A DNA stretch of 64,000 nt from Calditrichales bacterium (GCA_965267575.1 OZ254086.1:1024001-1088000); one strand, 5' to 3'; shown: positions 8,881 through 21,276, numbered from the stretch's first letter. Numbers and translations are program-made. The notes: generated by a model not told the origin, from the letters alone.

Positions 8881-10341
8881 TCAGCTTATCGCTTCTGTTT
8901 TGTGTTCGTTACCGTCAAATGTCATGATCACTTTCTGGTCACCGGAGCGTGTAATAATGTGCACCGGACGCTTCCACATAAAGTGGATATTTTCCAAAGT
9001 GCGGTAGGCGTAATCAATGTCAAGACCCACTGTTTCCGTTACGTGCTGCATCAACAGCTCATTACGGTTATCATGGTTCATGTTTACAATCTGTATTTTC
9101 GGCTGTCCCATGTTGGTTAATGAGAAAAGCAGCTGCTGTTTGATCGCTTTGAACTCACGGCTGTTAATTTCATAGCGCTTGTTCTGTTCGTTCCAGCGGT
9201 ATGTAAAAAGATTATTCTCCTGGCAAAATTCCTCGGTCAGAAAGGTATCTATGAAAGTGATGTCATTATAGATCCTGCGCACCTCAAAGATCTTGTCGCG
9301 TCCCAGCCCGAGATTTTTATTCCATTCCTTTTTTTCCTTGTAGTCATCGCACTGTTCATAGTCCTTGCCAAACTTACCCTTGTTCCAGCGGTCTTCAATA
9401 TCTCGGAACAGTTCGATGCCCACCTTATAAGGATTAAGACGTCCGGGACCCATGAACACGGTGCCCGAATGGTGGTCGGCATAATCGATGACGTCGGCAT
9501 CGGACAGTACTTTGCGTGTCATGATCGTTGAATGCCAGTAGGAGGCCCAGCCTTCGTTCATAATCTTGGTCTGCCCCTGCGGCGCAAAGTAGTATGCTTC
9601 TTCGCGGATAATGCTAAGTACATCGCGCTGCCAGTCTTCCAGCGGCGCATAATCAATAAGCATCTTAAGAACGTCAGTTTCCGGTATGCGCGGAAAAACG
9701 CCTTTGTTCTCCGGCTCGCGCAATTTTTCTTCCTGCTCTTCCAGAAACTCCGGAGGATTGATATAGCGCTCCATGTACTTCTTGCTTTGCAGCTTTTTGA
9801 CCTTCGGTTTTTCAGGCGGCGTATCATGGTCACGCTTTATAAAAGGCGACAAAATATCGATCAGGTTATCAATGGAGAGACAACGATCGATAAAATCCTC
9901 CACATTGGCCTGGCCGTAAAGGTCTACGTAGCGCCGGATGCGTGTGGCATGGTTGGCCATCTCATCCATCATTTTGCGATTGGTTTTTGAGAAGTAATAA
10001 TTGTTCTTGAAAAAATCGCAGTGGGCATAAACGTGAGCCATCACCAGCTTCTGATCAACGATGTTGTTGGCATCCATCAAATAGGCATAACAGGGATCGG
10101 TGTTGATAACCATTTCGTAGATTTTTTGCAGGCCGTAGCTGTAGCCCTTACTGAGCTGCTCGTACTCCATGCCAAAGCGCCAGTGCGGATAGCGGATGGG
10201 AAAACCGCCCTTGGCCGCGATTTCGTTGACTTCTTCGGAGTTCAGTATCTCGAAGATTACTTCGAAAAAATCCAGATTGTAATCAGCAGCATACTTCTCG
10301 ATTTCCATTTTGGCTTTTGCCAGTTCACCTGTCAGAATCAT
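8881..10341 (-). CDS. spoVR: SpoVR/YcgB family protein
   Basis: [47 protein letters not shown]. Confidence 0.93.
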   Translation of the reverse strand: MILTGELAKAKMEIEKYAADYNLDFFEVIFEILNSEEVNEIAAKGGFPIRYPHWRFGMEYEQLSKGYSYGLQKIYEMVINTDPCYAYLMDANNIVDQKLVMAHVYAHCDFFKNNYYFSKTNRKMMDEMANHATRIRRYVDLYGQANVEDFIDRCLSIDNLIDILSPFIKRDHDTPPEKPKVKKLQSKKYMERYINPPEFLEEQEEKLREPENKGVFPRIPETDVLKMLIDYAPLEDWQRDVLSIIREEAYYFAPQGQTKIMNEGWASYWHSTIMTRKVLSDADVIDYADHHSGTVFMGPGRLNPYKVGIELFRDIEDRWNKGKFGKDYEQCDDYKEKKEWNKNLGLGRDKIFEVRRIYNDITFIDTFLTEEFCQENNLFTYRWNEQNKRYEINSREFKAIKQQLLFSLTNMGQPKIQIVNMNHDNRNELLMQHVTETVGLDIDYAYRTLENIHFMWKRPVHIITRSGDQKVIMTFDGNEHKTEAIS

Positions 10342-11444
10342 CGTCCTTTTCCCAGAAAGTCTTTTATGGAATCAATGATGGCGTCACGATCGGGAATTTG
10401 TGATGTTACCAGAACATCGTTTTCGGGAAACTGCCCTTGCAAATCGTTGATGAACTTGCCACTGCCGTAGGCGCTTTCCACCTGGCCGTAGCAAAACATG
10501 TTGGAAATGGGAAAAAGCCGGTTTTCGAGTATATCAAAGCAGCGCGCGTTATCCTCCAGCGACCAGTTGTCACCGTCCGAAAAATGAAACGGGTAGATGT
10601 TCCACTCGGCAACGGGATAATCCTGTTCAATAATGTTGGCGGCCAGCTCATAGGCGGACGATATCACAGTGCCGCCGCTTTCACGAGTGCTGAAAAATGT
10701 CTCGCGGTCTACTTCGGCCGCGGCTGCATCATGGATGATATAACGTGTTTTCAGCCCTGGATAATGCTTCCTGAGCCAGGTATCAATCCAGAACGTCTCG
10801 ATGCGTACAATTTCCTTCTGCTCTTCACCCATTGAACCGGAAACGTCCATCATGTAGAGCACAACGGCATTGCTTTGCGGCTTATAAATGGGCGTCCACG
10901 AGCGGTAACGCTTGTCTTCCTTAATGGGGATGATAATCGGATTGCCGGGATTATATTCTTTGGCCGACACCTGCCTTTTAAGTGCTTCGCGATAGGTACG
11001 CTTAAAATGGCGCAAAGACTCCGGCCCTGTATGGCGGATGCCTTTAAAGCTGTAACGCTCAACGGTCAGTTCCTGCTGGCCGCGTGGCTCTATCCGCGGC
11101 AGTTCCAGCTCCTCACCCATAATGTCGGCCAGCTCCTGCAGGGTCAGCTCCACTTCACGGACATGGCGCCCGGGCAGGTTGCCCGCTTTTCCGGCGCCGC
11201 CTTCTCCTTCGCCCGCGCCAACCGGATCGCCCTCTTCGCCATCGCCGCTGCTCACACCGCCATTGTTAGGATCGCCATATTTGAAACGGGGCAGATCGAT
11301 CTGCGGAATGGGGATGCTGACGTATTCTTTTCCACGCTTCCCGATCATCTCGCCATGCGAAATATACTTGCGCAGATTTTCCTTGATCTTCCCTTTGATG
11401 ATCTTCTTAAACCGATTTACATCTTCTTCAATCTGTAATACCAT
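10338..11444 (-). CDS. yeaH: YeaH/YhbH (DUF444) vWA-like protein
   Basis: Gly-rich linker, [25 protein letters not shown]. Confidence 0.92.
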   Translation of the reverse strand: MVLQIEEDVNRFKKIIKGKIKENLRKYISHGEMIGKRGKEYVSIPIPQIDLPRFKYGDPNNGGVSSGDGEEGDPVGAGEGEGGAGKAGNLPGRHVREVELTLQELADIMGEELELPRIEPRGQQELTVERYSFKGIRHTGPESLRHFKRTYREALKRQVSAKEYNPGNPIIIPIKEDKRYRSWTPIYKPQSNAVVLYMMDVSGSMGEEQKEIVRIETFWIDTWLRKHYPGLKTRYIIHDAAAAEVDRETFFSTRESGGTVISSAYELAANIIEQDYPVAEWNIYPFHFSDGDNWSLEDNARCFDILENRLFPISNMFCYGQVESAYGSGKFINDLQGQFPENDVLVTSQIPDRDAIIDSIKDFLGKGR

Positions 11445-11477
11445 GATCTTCTGTCGTTTTGTGCGTGCGTGTTAGCT

Positions 11478-13535
11478 TCAGGATGCGGATTCACCTTTCA
11501 TGTCGCCGCGGGCAAAAATGCTGGCAACATAATTCAGCACGTCCGTGGCGCTTTCTTCGGTATAGCCAAAGTTTTTCACAAGGCGCGACTTAACCACATC
11601 GATTTTCTGCTGCGTTTCCTTGTCTACAACGCGGGAAACAAGTGTCGTCAATTTGATCGTATCTTTCTGGTCTTCAAACAATTTCATTTCCAGCGCGCGG
11701 CGCAGTCTCTCGTTGGATTTCCAGTCGAACTGCTTGCCCTCCAGCGAAAGCGCCCCAATGTAGTTCATGATCTCACGGCGGAAATCATCCTTGCGCGATT
11801 CGGGAATATCGATTTTCTCTTCAATGGAACGCATCAGCCGTTCATCAGGCTCCTCATCTTCACCGGTATATTTGTTCTTTACCTTTTCCTTTTGCGTATA
11901 AGCTTTCAGGTTATCTATGTAATTGGCGCAAAGCTTGGTGATCGACTCCTCGTCCGCGCTGATGGCCCGCTGAACTTCGTTTTTAACCACTTCGGTGTAC
12001 TCCTGCTTGATAACGCCAAGCAATTCGCGGAAGCGCTTTTTCTGCTCCTCGCTGGTGATAAGGCTATGGTTTTTCATACCGGCCTCCAGCTCGTTCATAA
12101 CCATAAACGGGTTGATGTAGGATTCTTCCAGGTCATTAACCAGCGCGTTGCTGATCTTGTCCTGGATGTAGCGCGGCGAAACTCCTTCCATACCTTCGCG
12201 TTCTGTTTCCTTGCGCAGTTCACGTACATTGTCTTCCGTAAAGCCGGGGATGGTTTTGCCATCGTACAACTTCAGCTTCTGCAGCAAGGTCAGGTTGTGC
12301 TTTTTGGGCTCTTCCAGCCGTGTCAGCACCGCCCACATGGCCGCCATTTCGATGGTATGCGGCGCGATGTGTTTACCCAGCACTTTTTCCGTGCTGTAGT
12401 CTTTTTTGTAGATCTTCACCTCTTCATTGAATTTGGTGATGTAGGGGATGTCGATTTTTACCGTCCGGTCACGCAGCGCCTCCATAAATTCGTTGTTCTG
12501 CAGCTTGCGGTATTCCGGCTCATTGGTATGCCCGATGATCACTTCATCAATATCGGTCTGGGCAAATTTCTTGGGCTTGATTTTATGCTCTTGCGACGCG
12601 CCAAGCAGGTCATACAAGAAGGCTACATCCAGTTTTAACACCTCAATAAATTCGATGATACCGCGGTTGGCGATGTTGAATTCACCGTCAAAATTAAATG
12701 CCCGCGGATCGGAATCCGAGCCGTATTCGGCAATCTTGCGGTAATTGATGTCGCCCGTAAGCTCCGTTGAGTCCTGGTTTTTTTCATCCTTGGGTTGAAA
12801 TGTTCCAATGCCAACACGGTCCTTTTCAGAAAGTGTTACCCGGCGCACCTTAACATGCTTGATAACCTTGGTCCAGTCACCATCATACTTCTGCATCAGC
12901 GAGTTAAAGATGAAGCGGCTGGCCGGGTTGAGGTCGCCTTCCAGGTTGATCTTTTTATGAGCAGGCAGCTTTTTGTTTATGTCTGCCAGAAAGGCTTTGC
13001 GTATTTCAACAGGAAGGATCAATAGCGGATCCTGGTGCATCGGGCAGGGCAGCTCGCCATTGGACTCTCCGTCCAGGTCGACCCAGCTGTAGGTATAAAG
13101 AGCCCCTTCAGGCGTTTTGGAATAATCTTCCAATCCGCGTTTAAGCAATCGCGCAATTGTACTTTTTGCGCTGCCCACGGGACCATGAAGCAGGAGAACA
13201 CGCTTTTCCGTTCCGTAGCGATGGGCAGCCGCCTTAAAATTATTAACCAGCTTCATCAGCGGGATGTCCAGGCCGTAAACGGCATCCCGTCCATTATGCA
13301 GCGGGTCATCAAAAAAGTTGTAATGAACGATTTTCTTGCGGCTGTCTATATATTCCTTGGTGCCGAAAGAAAGCACCATATCATAGACACGCTGATAGGC
13401 ACTGCGCGACACTTCCGGATTGCTGGAAACCATGTCAAGATACTCTTCGAAAGAACCGGACCAGTTCAGGTCGTGATATTCCTTCTCATCGTAATGCTTC
13501 TTGAACTCCTCAAGAATCTTCTGGCTGGCTTTCAT
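11478..13535 (-). CDS. prkA: PrkA/YeaG family AAA+ serine protein kinase
   Basis: [36 protein letters not shown] 13535 follows GGAGG. Confidence 0.93.
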   Translation of the reverse strand: MKASQKILEEFKKHYDEKEYHDLNWSGSFEEYLDMVSSNPEVSRSAYQRVYDMVLSFGTKEYIDSRKKIVHYNFFDDPLHNGRDAVYGLDIPLMKLVNNFKAAAHRYGTEKRVLLLHGPVGSAKSTIARLLKRGLEDYSKTPEGALYTYSWVDLDGESNGELPCPMHQDPLLILPVEIRKAFLADINKKLPAHKKINLEGDLNPASRFIFNSLMQKYDGDWTKVIKHVKVRRVTLSEKDRVGIGTFQPKDEKNQDSTELTGDINYRKIAEYGSDSDPRAFNFDGEFNIANRGIIEFIEVLKLDVAFLYDLLGASQEHKIKPKKFAQTDIDEVIIGHTNEPEYRKLQNNEFMEALRDRTVKIDIPYITKFNEEVKIYKKDYSTEKVLGKHIAPHTIEMAAMWAVLTRLEEPKKHNLTLLQKLKLYDGKTIPGFTEDNVRELRKETEREGMEGVSPRYIQDKISNALVNDLEESYINPFMVMNELEAGMKNHSLITSEEQKKRFRELLGVIKQEYTEVVKNEVQRAISADEESITKLCANYIDNLKAYTQKEKVKNKYTGEDEEPDERLMRSIEEKIDIPESRKDDFRREIMNYIGALSLEGKQFDWKSNERLRRALEMKLFEDQKDTIKLTTLVSRVVDKETQQKIDVVKSRLVKNFGYTEESATDVLNYVASIFARGDMKGESAS

Positions 13536-13784
13536 GTGACCCTCCTGTTTGGGCATTTTATTTGCAGAAATTTTGATAATGATACAATTCGCGATCAGGG
13601 CTTGTTCCAATCAGAGATCACGTTTTATTAACAAAAATTATAACCGGGTCCGGGCAAAGGAGATTCGGGACTGCTGCATTTTCCACAGGAATTGCACCTG
13701 AATAAGATTGTCGTCTTACCCCCATGCGGCATTAGCGATCTATCTCAGTTTTCGTGGAAATGTTCAGGAACGATTCGATAGTGC

Positions 13785-13813
13785 TTGAATGAACGAGAGA
13801 CTAAATGTAAATT
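13785..13813 (+). promoter_or_regulatory. Putative sigma70 promoter of the kinase-regulator pair
   Basis: TTGAAT-17 nt-TAAATT. Confidence 0.5.
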
Positions 13814-13837
13814 TTGTTAACACTTATGGACTGTCTT

Positions 13838-16800
13838 ATGCGATATAACGTCATCACCCGCTGGCTGCTTCCGCTGTGCTGCATTTTTTTTAATATCAGC
13901 CTGCATGCTCAGGAAAGTCAACCGTTTTCTATATTGAAAACAAGCCGCATCCACGGAATCATTCCGGACATCAATGATGCCTATGGCGTGGTGTTTCGTG
14001 ACTTGAACAATGACGGCAATCCGGACTTGTATTTTGCCTGTTTCCGCAATCTCAACCGGCTGTTAATAAATAACGGCGGGTTGATTCCCTTTGTAGACCG
14101 TACCATTGCTTCGGGAACCGGCGGCTATCTGATGACCAGCGGATTTACCAACCTGGAACTGGGCGCGGCCTGCGCGGATTATGACAACGACGGTCGGGCC
14201 GATCTTTTCCTGGCCGGTTGGGGCAAAACCCATCGCCTGTTTCACAACAGCGGCGACGTGCGCTTTGAAGACGCCACCAAAAACCTGAACGCCTGGGGCA
14301 AACTGGACGCCAACCAGGGTCTGTGGCTGGATGCCGATTCCGACGGATTCCTGGATTTATTTGTGACCGATGAGCACCACAGCAACCGCCTGTTTCATAA
14401 CCAGCGTAACGGCTATTTTGAAGAGGTAATCTGGACCGAAGAATTTCTTGGGCAGGCGGTGAGCCAGGGCGCTGCGGCATCGGACGCAGACCTGGACGGG
14501 GATATGGACATCTATGTCTGCAACTGGTTCGAGCCGGATTACTTGCTGATCAATAACGGCGACGGCGTATTTGCCCGCGCTACCCTTCCGCTGACAACTT
14601 TAACAGACAGCGTCTCCACTAATAGCGCCACCTTCGCCGACAGCGACAATGACGGCGACATGGACCTTTTTGTCGCCGGTGACAACGGCCGCATTTATTA
14701 CTATGAAAATGACAGCCGCGACAGCGTGCTGACCTTTATCGAACACACTGATCTTCCTTTTTCCGATACCGGCAACCGTGTGTTTGGCCTGCTGCTGGAG
14801 GATTTCAACCTTGATGGATGGCTGGATATTCTGATCACTATGAAGGGGATGAACCGGCTTTATTTTTTTGACCCTGCCGCCAAAGCCTTTCCGGATGCTT
14901 TTGATACGGACTATACCGAAGCCTACAGCACCGGCTCCGCCGCCGCCGACCTGGACCGTGACGGCGACCTGGACCTGGTGATAAGCAATAAGGACGAAAA
15001 CAGCGAATTCTACCTGAATACCCTCAACGCCGATCATTACCTTATCCTGAACCTGAAGGGCGTGCGCTCCAACCACGACGCCATCGGCGCCAAAGTCTTT
15101 TTTTACAGCACAGGCGGTGAAGAGCGCGAACTGTTGGGCTTGCGCGAAGTGAGCGCGCAAAGCGCATACCTCTCCTCATCGGACCCGCGTATTTACTTCG
15201 GCACCAAGGGTCACGAGCGTCTTTTTGCCCGTATTATTTTCCCGGGCGGTGAGGTGATCGAAAAAGACAGACTTGTGCCGGGAAGGGAATACACTGTTTA
15301 TGAACATAAGTGGGTTTTGAATGCCTATTACAGCGCGATCAGCAGCGCGCGCATTCTGGCAAACCGGCCCGATTTCTGGTATAACCTGCTGCTTTCACTG
15401 CTGATCATTATTAATATTTCCGCGCATGTTGGTCTGGGGCAACGGCGCTATTCCTGGTCTTCGCTCAACGCGTCCATGCAGCTTTTTATGTGGTTCCTGC
15501 TGATCTTTTTTCTCTTCCTATTCTTGCGGGATTCTTCCACCACGCTGGTTTTACAGGTCATCGCCGGGCTGGCGCTTTTTGGCAGCGCCCTTTCCGTTTT
15601 TTACAACGAGCACTTTTTAAGACAGCGCCGCAAGCGCGAACGTATTCGCAGGTTGCTCCAGGATCTAAGCGAACGCATTCTGCAAATACACAATAACCAA
15701 GAACTGGCCGCCGATACCGTTCAGACGGTAACCCGCCATCCGGACGTTCGAAAAGCAGCCGTTTATTTCAAAACCGACGAGCAGCAGCTTGAACTGGTCC
15801 ATGCTTCATCCGCAAACGGACTGCCCGCGAAAATAGAGGCCACTTTTGAGCAGGGTGATTTTCAACTCAATCAGGAGCAAAGTTTTTCAGAAGCGCTCAA
15901 TGTGCACATCCCTATTCATCGTAAGCAAACGCTGATGGGTCTGCTGGCGTTAAACATGCAGCACGCCGAAAGGGCCGTCAACCGCGAGGACTTCAGGCAG
16001 ATCCAGAGTATTGCCGCGCAAATGGCCGTTGCCATTGAAAACAACGACTACATCGAAAAAACATCGCGCCTGGTAGAGCAACTGACCGCAACACGCGTGC
16101 GTGAAGAGTATGTGGAACAACTGGAAAAGACCAATCAACAACTGGATACAAAAAACCGCGAACTGCAAAGGCTTTTCCGGGAGCTGCAGGATAAGGAAGC
16201 GCAGCTTGTTCACTCCGAAAAAATGGCTTCTTTGGGCCAACTGGTTGCCGGAATTTCACACGAATTAAATAACCCGATCAGCTTTATTTACAGTAACATG
16301 CGCGTCTTATCAGACTATGTGCGCGAGATAGAAGAGCTGCTGCAAGACGAAAAGCATTCCAAGGATGCGGCCGCGCTAAGGGAACTACTGGAGGACATTT
16401 ATTCCACGATTGAGGACAGCGTGAAAGGCAGTAAAGCCGTCAAGGAAATCGTTCAGAACCTGAAAAGTTTTTCGCGCATTGACCAGGCAGAATGGAAGGA
16501 ATCGACCCTCGACGAAATTCTCGATACCTGCCTGAAAATATTAAAACCGCACATACCCGATCGTATTAAAGTCTCAATTAAACTTAAGGATAATCCCGTG
16601 CTTTTCTGCAACCCGGGACAGCTCAACCAGGTGTTTATTAACCTGCTGATCAACGCGGTGCAGGCCATAGAGGGTGAGGGCCAAATCGGGGTTTCATCGG
16701 AGCAGCAAAAAAACGATCTGGTTATAAATGTAAAAGACAGCGGCGGCGGCATCAGCGAAGAAAATAAATCGCGTATTTTTGACCCCTTTTTTACCACCAA

Positions 16801-16966
16801 ACCGGTAAGCAAGGGCACCGGCCTCGGTCTGAGTATTTCCTATTCCATAATTGAAAAACACAACGGCAGCATGGAAGTTGACAGCAGTCCGGGCGAGGGC
16901 ACGACCTTCACGATTCGTTTGCCGTTAAATCCACAACTTGTAGTAGGAAATGAGCCAAAAGCATAA
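13838..16966 (+). CDS. Sensor histidine kinase with extracytoplasmic FG-GAP repeats and ASPIC/UnbV-like domain, 3 TM helices, GAF-like region and HisKA/HATPase
   Basis: Seven Dx(D/N)xDGxxD repeats; [14 protein letters not shown]...[13 protein letters not shown]-box SHELNNP; N-box [30 protein letters not shown]. The start codon is uncertain (13814, 13826 or 13838). Confidence 0.9.
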   Translation: MRYNVITRWLLPLCCIFFNISLHAQESQPFSILKTSRIHGIIPDINDAYGVVFRDLNNDGNPDLYFACFRNLNRLLINNGGLIPFVDRTIASGTGGYLMTSGFTNLELGAACADYDNDGRADLFLAGWGKTHRLFHNSGDVRFEDATKNLNAWGKLDANQGLWLDADSDGFLDLFVTDEHHSNRLFHNQRNGYFEEVIWTEEFLGQAVSQGAAASDADLDGDMDIYVCNWFEPDYLLINNGDGVFARATLPLTTLTDSVSTNSATFADSDNDGDMDLFVAGDNGRIYYYENDSRDSVLTFIEHTDLPFSDTGNRVFGLLLEDFNLDGWLDILITMKGMNRLYFFDPAAKAFPDAFDTDYTEAYSTGSAAADLDRDGDLDLVISNKDENSEFYLNTLNADHYLILNLKGVRSNHDAIGAKVFFYSTGGEERELLGLREVSAQSAYLSSSDPRIYFGTKGHERLFARIIFPGGEVIEKDRLVPGREYTVYEHKWVLNAYYSAISSARILANRPDFWYNLLLSLLIIINISAHVGLGQRRYSWSSLNASMQLFMWFLLIFFLFLFLRDSSTTLVLQVIAGLALFGSALSVFYNEHFLRQRRKRERIRRLLQDLSERILQIHNNQELAADTVQTVTRHPDVRKAAVYFKTDEQQLELVHASSANGLPAKIEATFEQGDFQLNQEQSFSEALNVHIPIHRKQTLMGLLALNMQHAERAVNREDFRQIQSIAAQMAVAIENNDYIEKTSRLVEQLTATRVREEYVEQLEKTNQQLDTKNRELQRLFRELQDKEAQLVHSEKMASLGQLVAGISHELNNPISFIYSNMRVLSDYVREIEELLQDEKHSKDAAALRELLEDIYSTIEDSVKGSKAVKEIVQNLKSFSRIDQAEWKESTLDEILDTCLKILKPHIPDRIKVSIKLKDNPVLFCNPGQLNQVFINLLINAVQAIEGEGQIGVSSEQQKNDLVINVKDSGGGISEENKSRIFDPFFTTKPVSKGTGLGLSISYSIIEKHNGSMEVDSSPGEGTTFTIRLPLNPQLVVGNEPKA

Positions 16967-18395
16967 TATTCTGATTGTTGATGATCAGCAGGAAATTGTA
17001 AACGCGTTGACGCGCATTTTTAAGCGTGAATACAATGTCTTGAGCGCGCTGGGCGGCCGGGAGGCACTGGAGCTTGTAGAGAAAAACGAGATCAGCGTTA
17101 TCCTTAGCGACCAACGCATGCCGCACATGGACGGTGTTACCTTTCTGAAGAAAGCGCGTGAAATCCGGCCCGAAAGCATACGCATCATGATCACCGGTTA
17201 TGCCGATATCGAGGCATCCATCCAGGCCATAAACGAAGCGGGCATTTACCAATATATCTCCAAACCATTTGAACCGGATGAGCTGAAACTGACCGTAAAA
17301 AACGCCATTGAAAGCTATGAGCTTACACAGCAAAACCGCGAGCTGCGGCAAAACCTGATCGAAGCCAACGCGCGGCTGGAGAGTGAAAACCGCCAGTTGC
17401 GAAGTGAAGTTACACAGCAGCTGGACCTGGGCAATTTTATAGGTCACAGTCCGCCGGTGCAGCATTTGTTCAAGCTGGTAAAAAAAGTCGTTAATACGCC
17501 AACCACCGTTTTATTGCTGGGTGAAACCGGCACGGGCAAGGAAATGCTGGCGCGCATGATCCATTACAACAGCGATCGAAAAGCACAGCCCTTCGTGGTG
17601 CAAAATTGCGGCGCGATTCCGGACACACTTCTGCAAAGCGAATTGTTTGGCCACACAAAGGGCGCGTTTACAGGAGCGGTGCAAGAAAAAAAGGGGCTGT
17701 TCCAGCAGGCGGATAAGGGAACCGTTTTCCTGGATGAAATTGGCGATACGACTCCGGCCCTTCAATTGGGTCTGCTGCGTGTGCTGCAGGAGGGCGAAAT
17801 AAAGCCGCTTGGCAGCAACAAAACTATTCACGTAAACGTACGCGTCATAGCCGCAACCAATCGCGATCTGAAGGCGGATGTGGAGGCCGGGCGTTTCCGT
17901 GAAGATCTCTATTACCGGCTGAATGTATTTCCGTTGCGCATACCGCCTTTGAGAGAACGCCGCGAAGATATCGGGGATCTTGTGCGTTTCTTTGTTAAGA
18001 AGTATGCAATCCGTATCGGAAAAAAAGTCAAAGATATTGATCCGGCATTTATAGCTCTGCTACGGCAAGCCAAACTGCCCGGCAACGTGCGTGAGCTGGA
18101 AAACGAAATTGAACGGGTTATAACCCTTGCCGATGACAATGAGCCGATCGGGCCGGAACTGCTTTCCGAGCGTTTCCGTGAGGCAAATGGAAAAACAACT
18201 GAGATTCCTGCTCATCACACGGAACTAAAGCCGGCCATAGAAGAGCTGGAAAAGCACATGATAGAGCGGGCCTTAAAAAACGAAAGCGGCAATATTTTAA
18301 AAGCCGCAGAAGAATTGGGCATCAGTCGTGTGGGTCTGCATAAAATGTTAAAACGCCATAATATTGATGCCAAGAGTTACAAAAACAACAATTAA
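16950..18395 (+). CDS. NtrC-family sigma54-dependent response regulator
   Basis: REC (IVDD, LSDQRMP, KPF), GETGTGKE, GAFTGA, FLDEIG, Fis-type HTH. Overlaps the kinase 3' end. Confidence 0.95.
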   Translation: MSQKHNILIVDDQQEIVNALTRIFKREYNVLSALGGREALELVEKNEISVILSDQRMPHMDGVTFLKKAREIRPESIRIMITGYADIEASIQAINEAGIYQYISKPFEPDELKLTVKNAIESYELTQQNRELRQNLIEANARLESENRQLRSEVTQQLDLGNFIGHSPPVQHLFKLVKKVVNTPTTVLLLGETGTGKEMLARMIHYNSDRKAQPFVVQNCGAIPDTLLQSELFGHTKGAFTGAVQEKKGLFQQADKGTVFLDEIGDTTPALQLGLLRVLQEGEIKPLGSNKTIHVNVRVIAATNRDLKADVEAGRFREDLYYRLNVFPLRIPPLRERREDIGDLVRFFVKKYAIRIGKKVKDIDPAFIALLRQAKLPGNVRELENEIERVITLADDNEPIGPELLSERFREANGKTTEIPAHHTELKPAIEELEKHMIERALKNESGNILKAAEELGISRVGLHKMLKRHNIDAKSYKNNN

Positions 18396-18520
18396 TGTAT
18401 TTTCTGTTTACAAATAAAAATAAAATGTAAACGATGTTTACGGATCATCGGGAGAAAACATTCGTTAAATGGCTTTACAAGGCCTTTGAACGCAGCTTTA
18501 ATAGTGGCACGGTGTTTGAA
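18396..18520 (+). promoter_or_regulatory. Putative sigma54 promoter with two upstream palindromic activator sites
   Basis: TGTATTTTCTGTTTACA (18396-18412), TGTAAACGATGTTTACG (18426-18442) and TGGCACGGTGTTTGAA (18505-18520). Confidence 0.65.
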
Positions 18521-18561
18521 GTATATAGTAATGAAAATTTCAAAAAACGCGGGGTGAAACC

Positions 18562-19893
18562 ATGTTAATCCGCTCAATACTTTTCAGCATAATCGTCACA
18601 CTGGGTCTCACGGCCTGCTACACTCAGTTCGCAGTAGTGAAAAGAGATCGTGACGATGTCGTTGTAAAACGAGAACGTGTTTACCGCACGTACGAAGACA
18701 ATCGCAATGACGAAGAAGTCTATTACGAAGACGAGTATTACGATGAATACGAGGATGAAGGATACACGGAAGTGCACGTGACGGAGTACGAATATTATGT
18801 GCAGCCGCACGTTTACCGCTACCGTTTTTCAGCCTATGATCCTTGGTATTACGCGCCTCCGAGAACACATTACCGTCCGCGCTGGCATGTATCGGTTGGC
18901 TGGGGCTGGAGCTATTATGATCCTTATTATGATTACATTCATTGTGGCCCGGCAGACTACTGGTACTACGATCCGTGGGACTACTATTGCACGTACCCGG
19001 TTGTGATTTACAGACCTTATCCGGGTTATTACGGCCACTATTGGGGTGGATATTACGGCGGCTATTATCCGGGATACGGATATGGTCATCATTATGGCAA
19101 ACGCTATTATGACAATCCGCGCCATAAGCAGCGCAAGTTTGCTTCCAATCAAACCGGCAGAGATCCGGTTCGTCGCCCGCGTGTTACCGATGATGCCGGC
19201 AGGTCGCCGCGCATAACCAGCCCTGAGGTGTACCCGACCGGCACAAAGCCCGTCCGCAATCCGCGTACAACAACGGCAGGACGCGATAACGCTGAAAGTG
19301 TCCGCACAGCAAATGAAGCGCCGGTTTACATTCCCGGACGCAGGGGTGCTGAAAGCAAAACGGCCAACGAAAGCGGACGCATCAACCGTCCTGAGCGCAA
19401 CCGGGTGGACAGGGTTGGCGCCGAAAGCAAAACAGCAGCAGAAAACAATCGCCGCTATGAGCGCAAATATTACGATGACGCCAAAAACAGTAAGCGCGCC
19501 CGCGAGCAGGCCCCTGTTTACAAGCCGAGGGTACGTGAAGAACGCAGCACGAGGTCCACAAATGAAAACAGCAGTCCGGTATACAAACCGAGGAACAATA
19601 AGCCGGAACGAAGCAGCGTGGAACGTAAAGGCAGCAATGAAGATTCGCGACCTGTGTACCGCCCGCGCAATAACGACAAGCGTGAAAAACGTGTAAAACA
19701 ATCAGATAAGCCGCGGCGCGACAACAGTTCTTACAAACCGCGCAGTTCCAGCGGACGCAGCAAAAGCAGCTACACGCCGCGCAGCTCTTCGCCTTCAACA
19801 CGAAAAGCCCCGGCAGTGCGCTCCGCTCCGTCCCGTCCCAAATCATCGGGTACGCGCAGCAGCGGTTCCGGCACAAAAAGAAAGCGCGATTAA
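18562..19893 (+). CDS. Tyr-rich low-complexity lipoprotein with a long Arg/Ser-rich repetitive tail
   Basis: Lipobox LTAC; acidic and Tyr-rich N-half (YDPW/YDPY, GYYGG); basic C-half with PVY(K/R)PR and AESKTA repeats. Confidence 0.8.
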   Translation: MLIRSILFSIIVTLGLTACYTQFAVVKRDRDDVVVKRERVYRTYEDNRNDEEVYYEDEYYDEYEDEGYTEVHVTEYEYYVQPHVYRYRFSAYDPWYYAPPRTHYRPRWHVSVGWGWSYYDPYYDYIHCGPADYWYYDPWDYYCTYPVVIYRPYPGYYGHYWGGYYGGYYPGYGYGHHYGKRYYDNPRHKQRKFASNQTGRDPVRRPRVTDDAGRSPRITSPEVYPTGTKPVRNPRTTTAGRDNAESVRTANEAPVYIPGRRGAESKTANESGRINRPERNRVDRVGAESKTAAENNRRYERKYYDDAKNSKRAREQAPVYKPRVREERSTRSTNENSSPVYKPRNNKPERSSVERKGSNEDSRPVYRPRNNDKREKRVKQSDKPRRDNSSYKPRSSSGRSKSSYTPRSSSPSTRKAPAVRSAPSRPKSSGTRSSGSGTKRKRD

Positions 19894-19908
19894 AGGAGAA
19901 TTTCGAAA

Positions 19909-21276
19909 ATGAAAACGCTCAGATGGATCCTGATACTGATACTCCCCGTATTTATGAAAGCTCAAACGGCATCGGAAATTGTAAATCTTTTTGAACAGGA
20001 AGAGGGCTTCGGTGTACGGGCCGCAGCCATGGGCGATGCTTACCGCAGCGTAGCGGATGATTATTCGGCCATCTACTGGAACCCGGCAGGCTTGGCACAG
20101 GTCTCGGACTTCCAGATCTCCGGCTCCATTTTGCACCGCAACTTCGGTAATGATGCCCAATATCTGAATAACGGGATGGATGACTCCAGAACTTACACCA
20201 AATTTCAGAATATCGGATTGGCTTATCCGTTTCCGGTGGCGCGGGGCAGTTTTGTGATCGCCCTCGGCTACCAGAAGATCAACCATCTTGATGGCTTTGC
20301 AGATTTTAGCGCCTTCAGCCCGATGAGCAACGGGCTGGTTCTCGATTACGGCGGCGGCGAAACGTACGCCTTCGACCGCAACGTGGAGCAAATGTATAAC
20401 ACCTTCCGCGATGGCAGCATGGACCAATGGTCGTTCGGCGCCGCGGTTGATCTTTCGCCCAATTTTTCGGCGGGCCTGGCACTCAACTTCTATGGCGGCA
20501 GCAGCACCTATCTCCTGGAATATGAACAAACGGATGTCAATAATCTTTACACGCTGGACAACGGCCTCGATTTTCACCGCTACGAGTACAGACAGCGCAT
20601 CATCAGCGATTACTCGGGATTTGAAGCAAAGCTGGGCGGATTGTTTTATCTGACACCGAGCCTGAAACTGGGAACGTCGATATCATTCCCCTTTTCCATC
20701 ACGATTGACGAGCAATATTCCGAAAGCGACGCAATTACGTATGACGACCCGGCGATACCTGTAGACGAATACGACCTTGGCAGCGGTGAATTCGATTACC
20801 TCGTGGACCTGCCCTTCCAGTTCAGCAGCGGTATCAGCTACGAGGGGCGCATGTTCACGTTGAGCGGAAGCATTGACTACCGCGACTGGTCACAGATGAA
20901 ATTTGATGTACCTTCCAATCGCGACGCTAATGATTATGACACTTTGTTGACACAAAACAGAGTTTTGCGCGAGGATTACCGCCCGGTTTTATCTTATGCT
21001 GTGGGCGGAGAAGTTAAAGTGGGAGATACGGGACTGATTGTTCGCGGCGGTTACCGTTACCTGCCTTCACCGGAGAAAAACCAAAGCAGCGATTTTGACA
21101 AGAAGTTCTACAGCTTTGGCGTCGGCTACCGTGTGGACTACAAGACCATGATCAATTTTGCTTATGTAAACGGGCAGTGGAGCCTCAACAGCAGCGACTT
21201 TGTTTACCTGGCCGAGCCAGTTCGTCAGGATATTTCTACCAGCACCTATATGTTCGGCCTGAATTTCAGCTTATAA
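19909..21276 (+). CDS. OmpP1/FadL/PorV-like outer-membrane beta-barrel
   Basis: Signal peptide; GVRAAAMGDAY...AIYWNPAGLA; ends YMFGLNFSL. Confidence 0.8.
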   Translation: MKTLRWILILILPVFMKAQTASEIVNLFEQEEGFGVRAAAMGDAYRSVADDYSAIYWNPAGLAQVSDFQISGSILHRNFGNDAQYLNNGMDDSRTYTKFQNIGLAYPFPVARGSFVIALGYQKINHLDGFADFSAFSPMSNGLVLDYGGGETYAFDRNVEQMYNTFRDGSMDQWSFGAAVDLSPNFSAGLALNFYGGSSTYLLEYEQTDVNNLYTLDNGLDFHRYEYRQRIISDYSGFEAKLGGLFYLTPSLKLGTSISFPFSITIDEQYSESDAITYDDPAIPVDEYDLGSGEFDYLVDLPFQFSSGISYEGRMFTLSGSIDYRDWSQMKFDVPSNRDANDYDTLLTQNRVLREDYRPVLSYAVGGEVKVGDTGLIVRGGYRYLPSPEKNQSSDFDKKFYSFGVGYRVDYKTMINFAYVNGQWSLNSSDFVYLAEPVRQDISTSTYMFGLNFSL

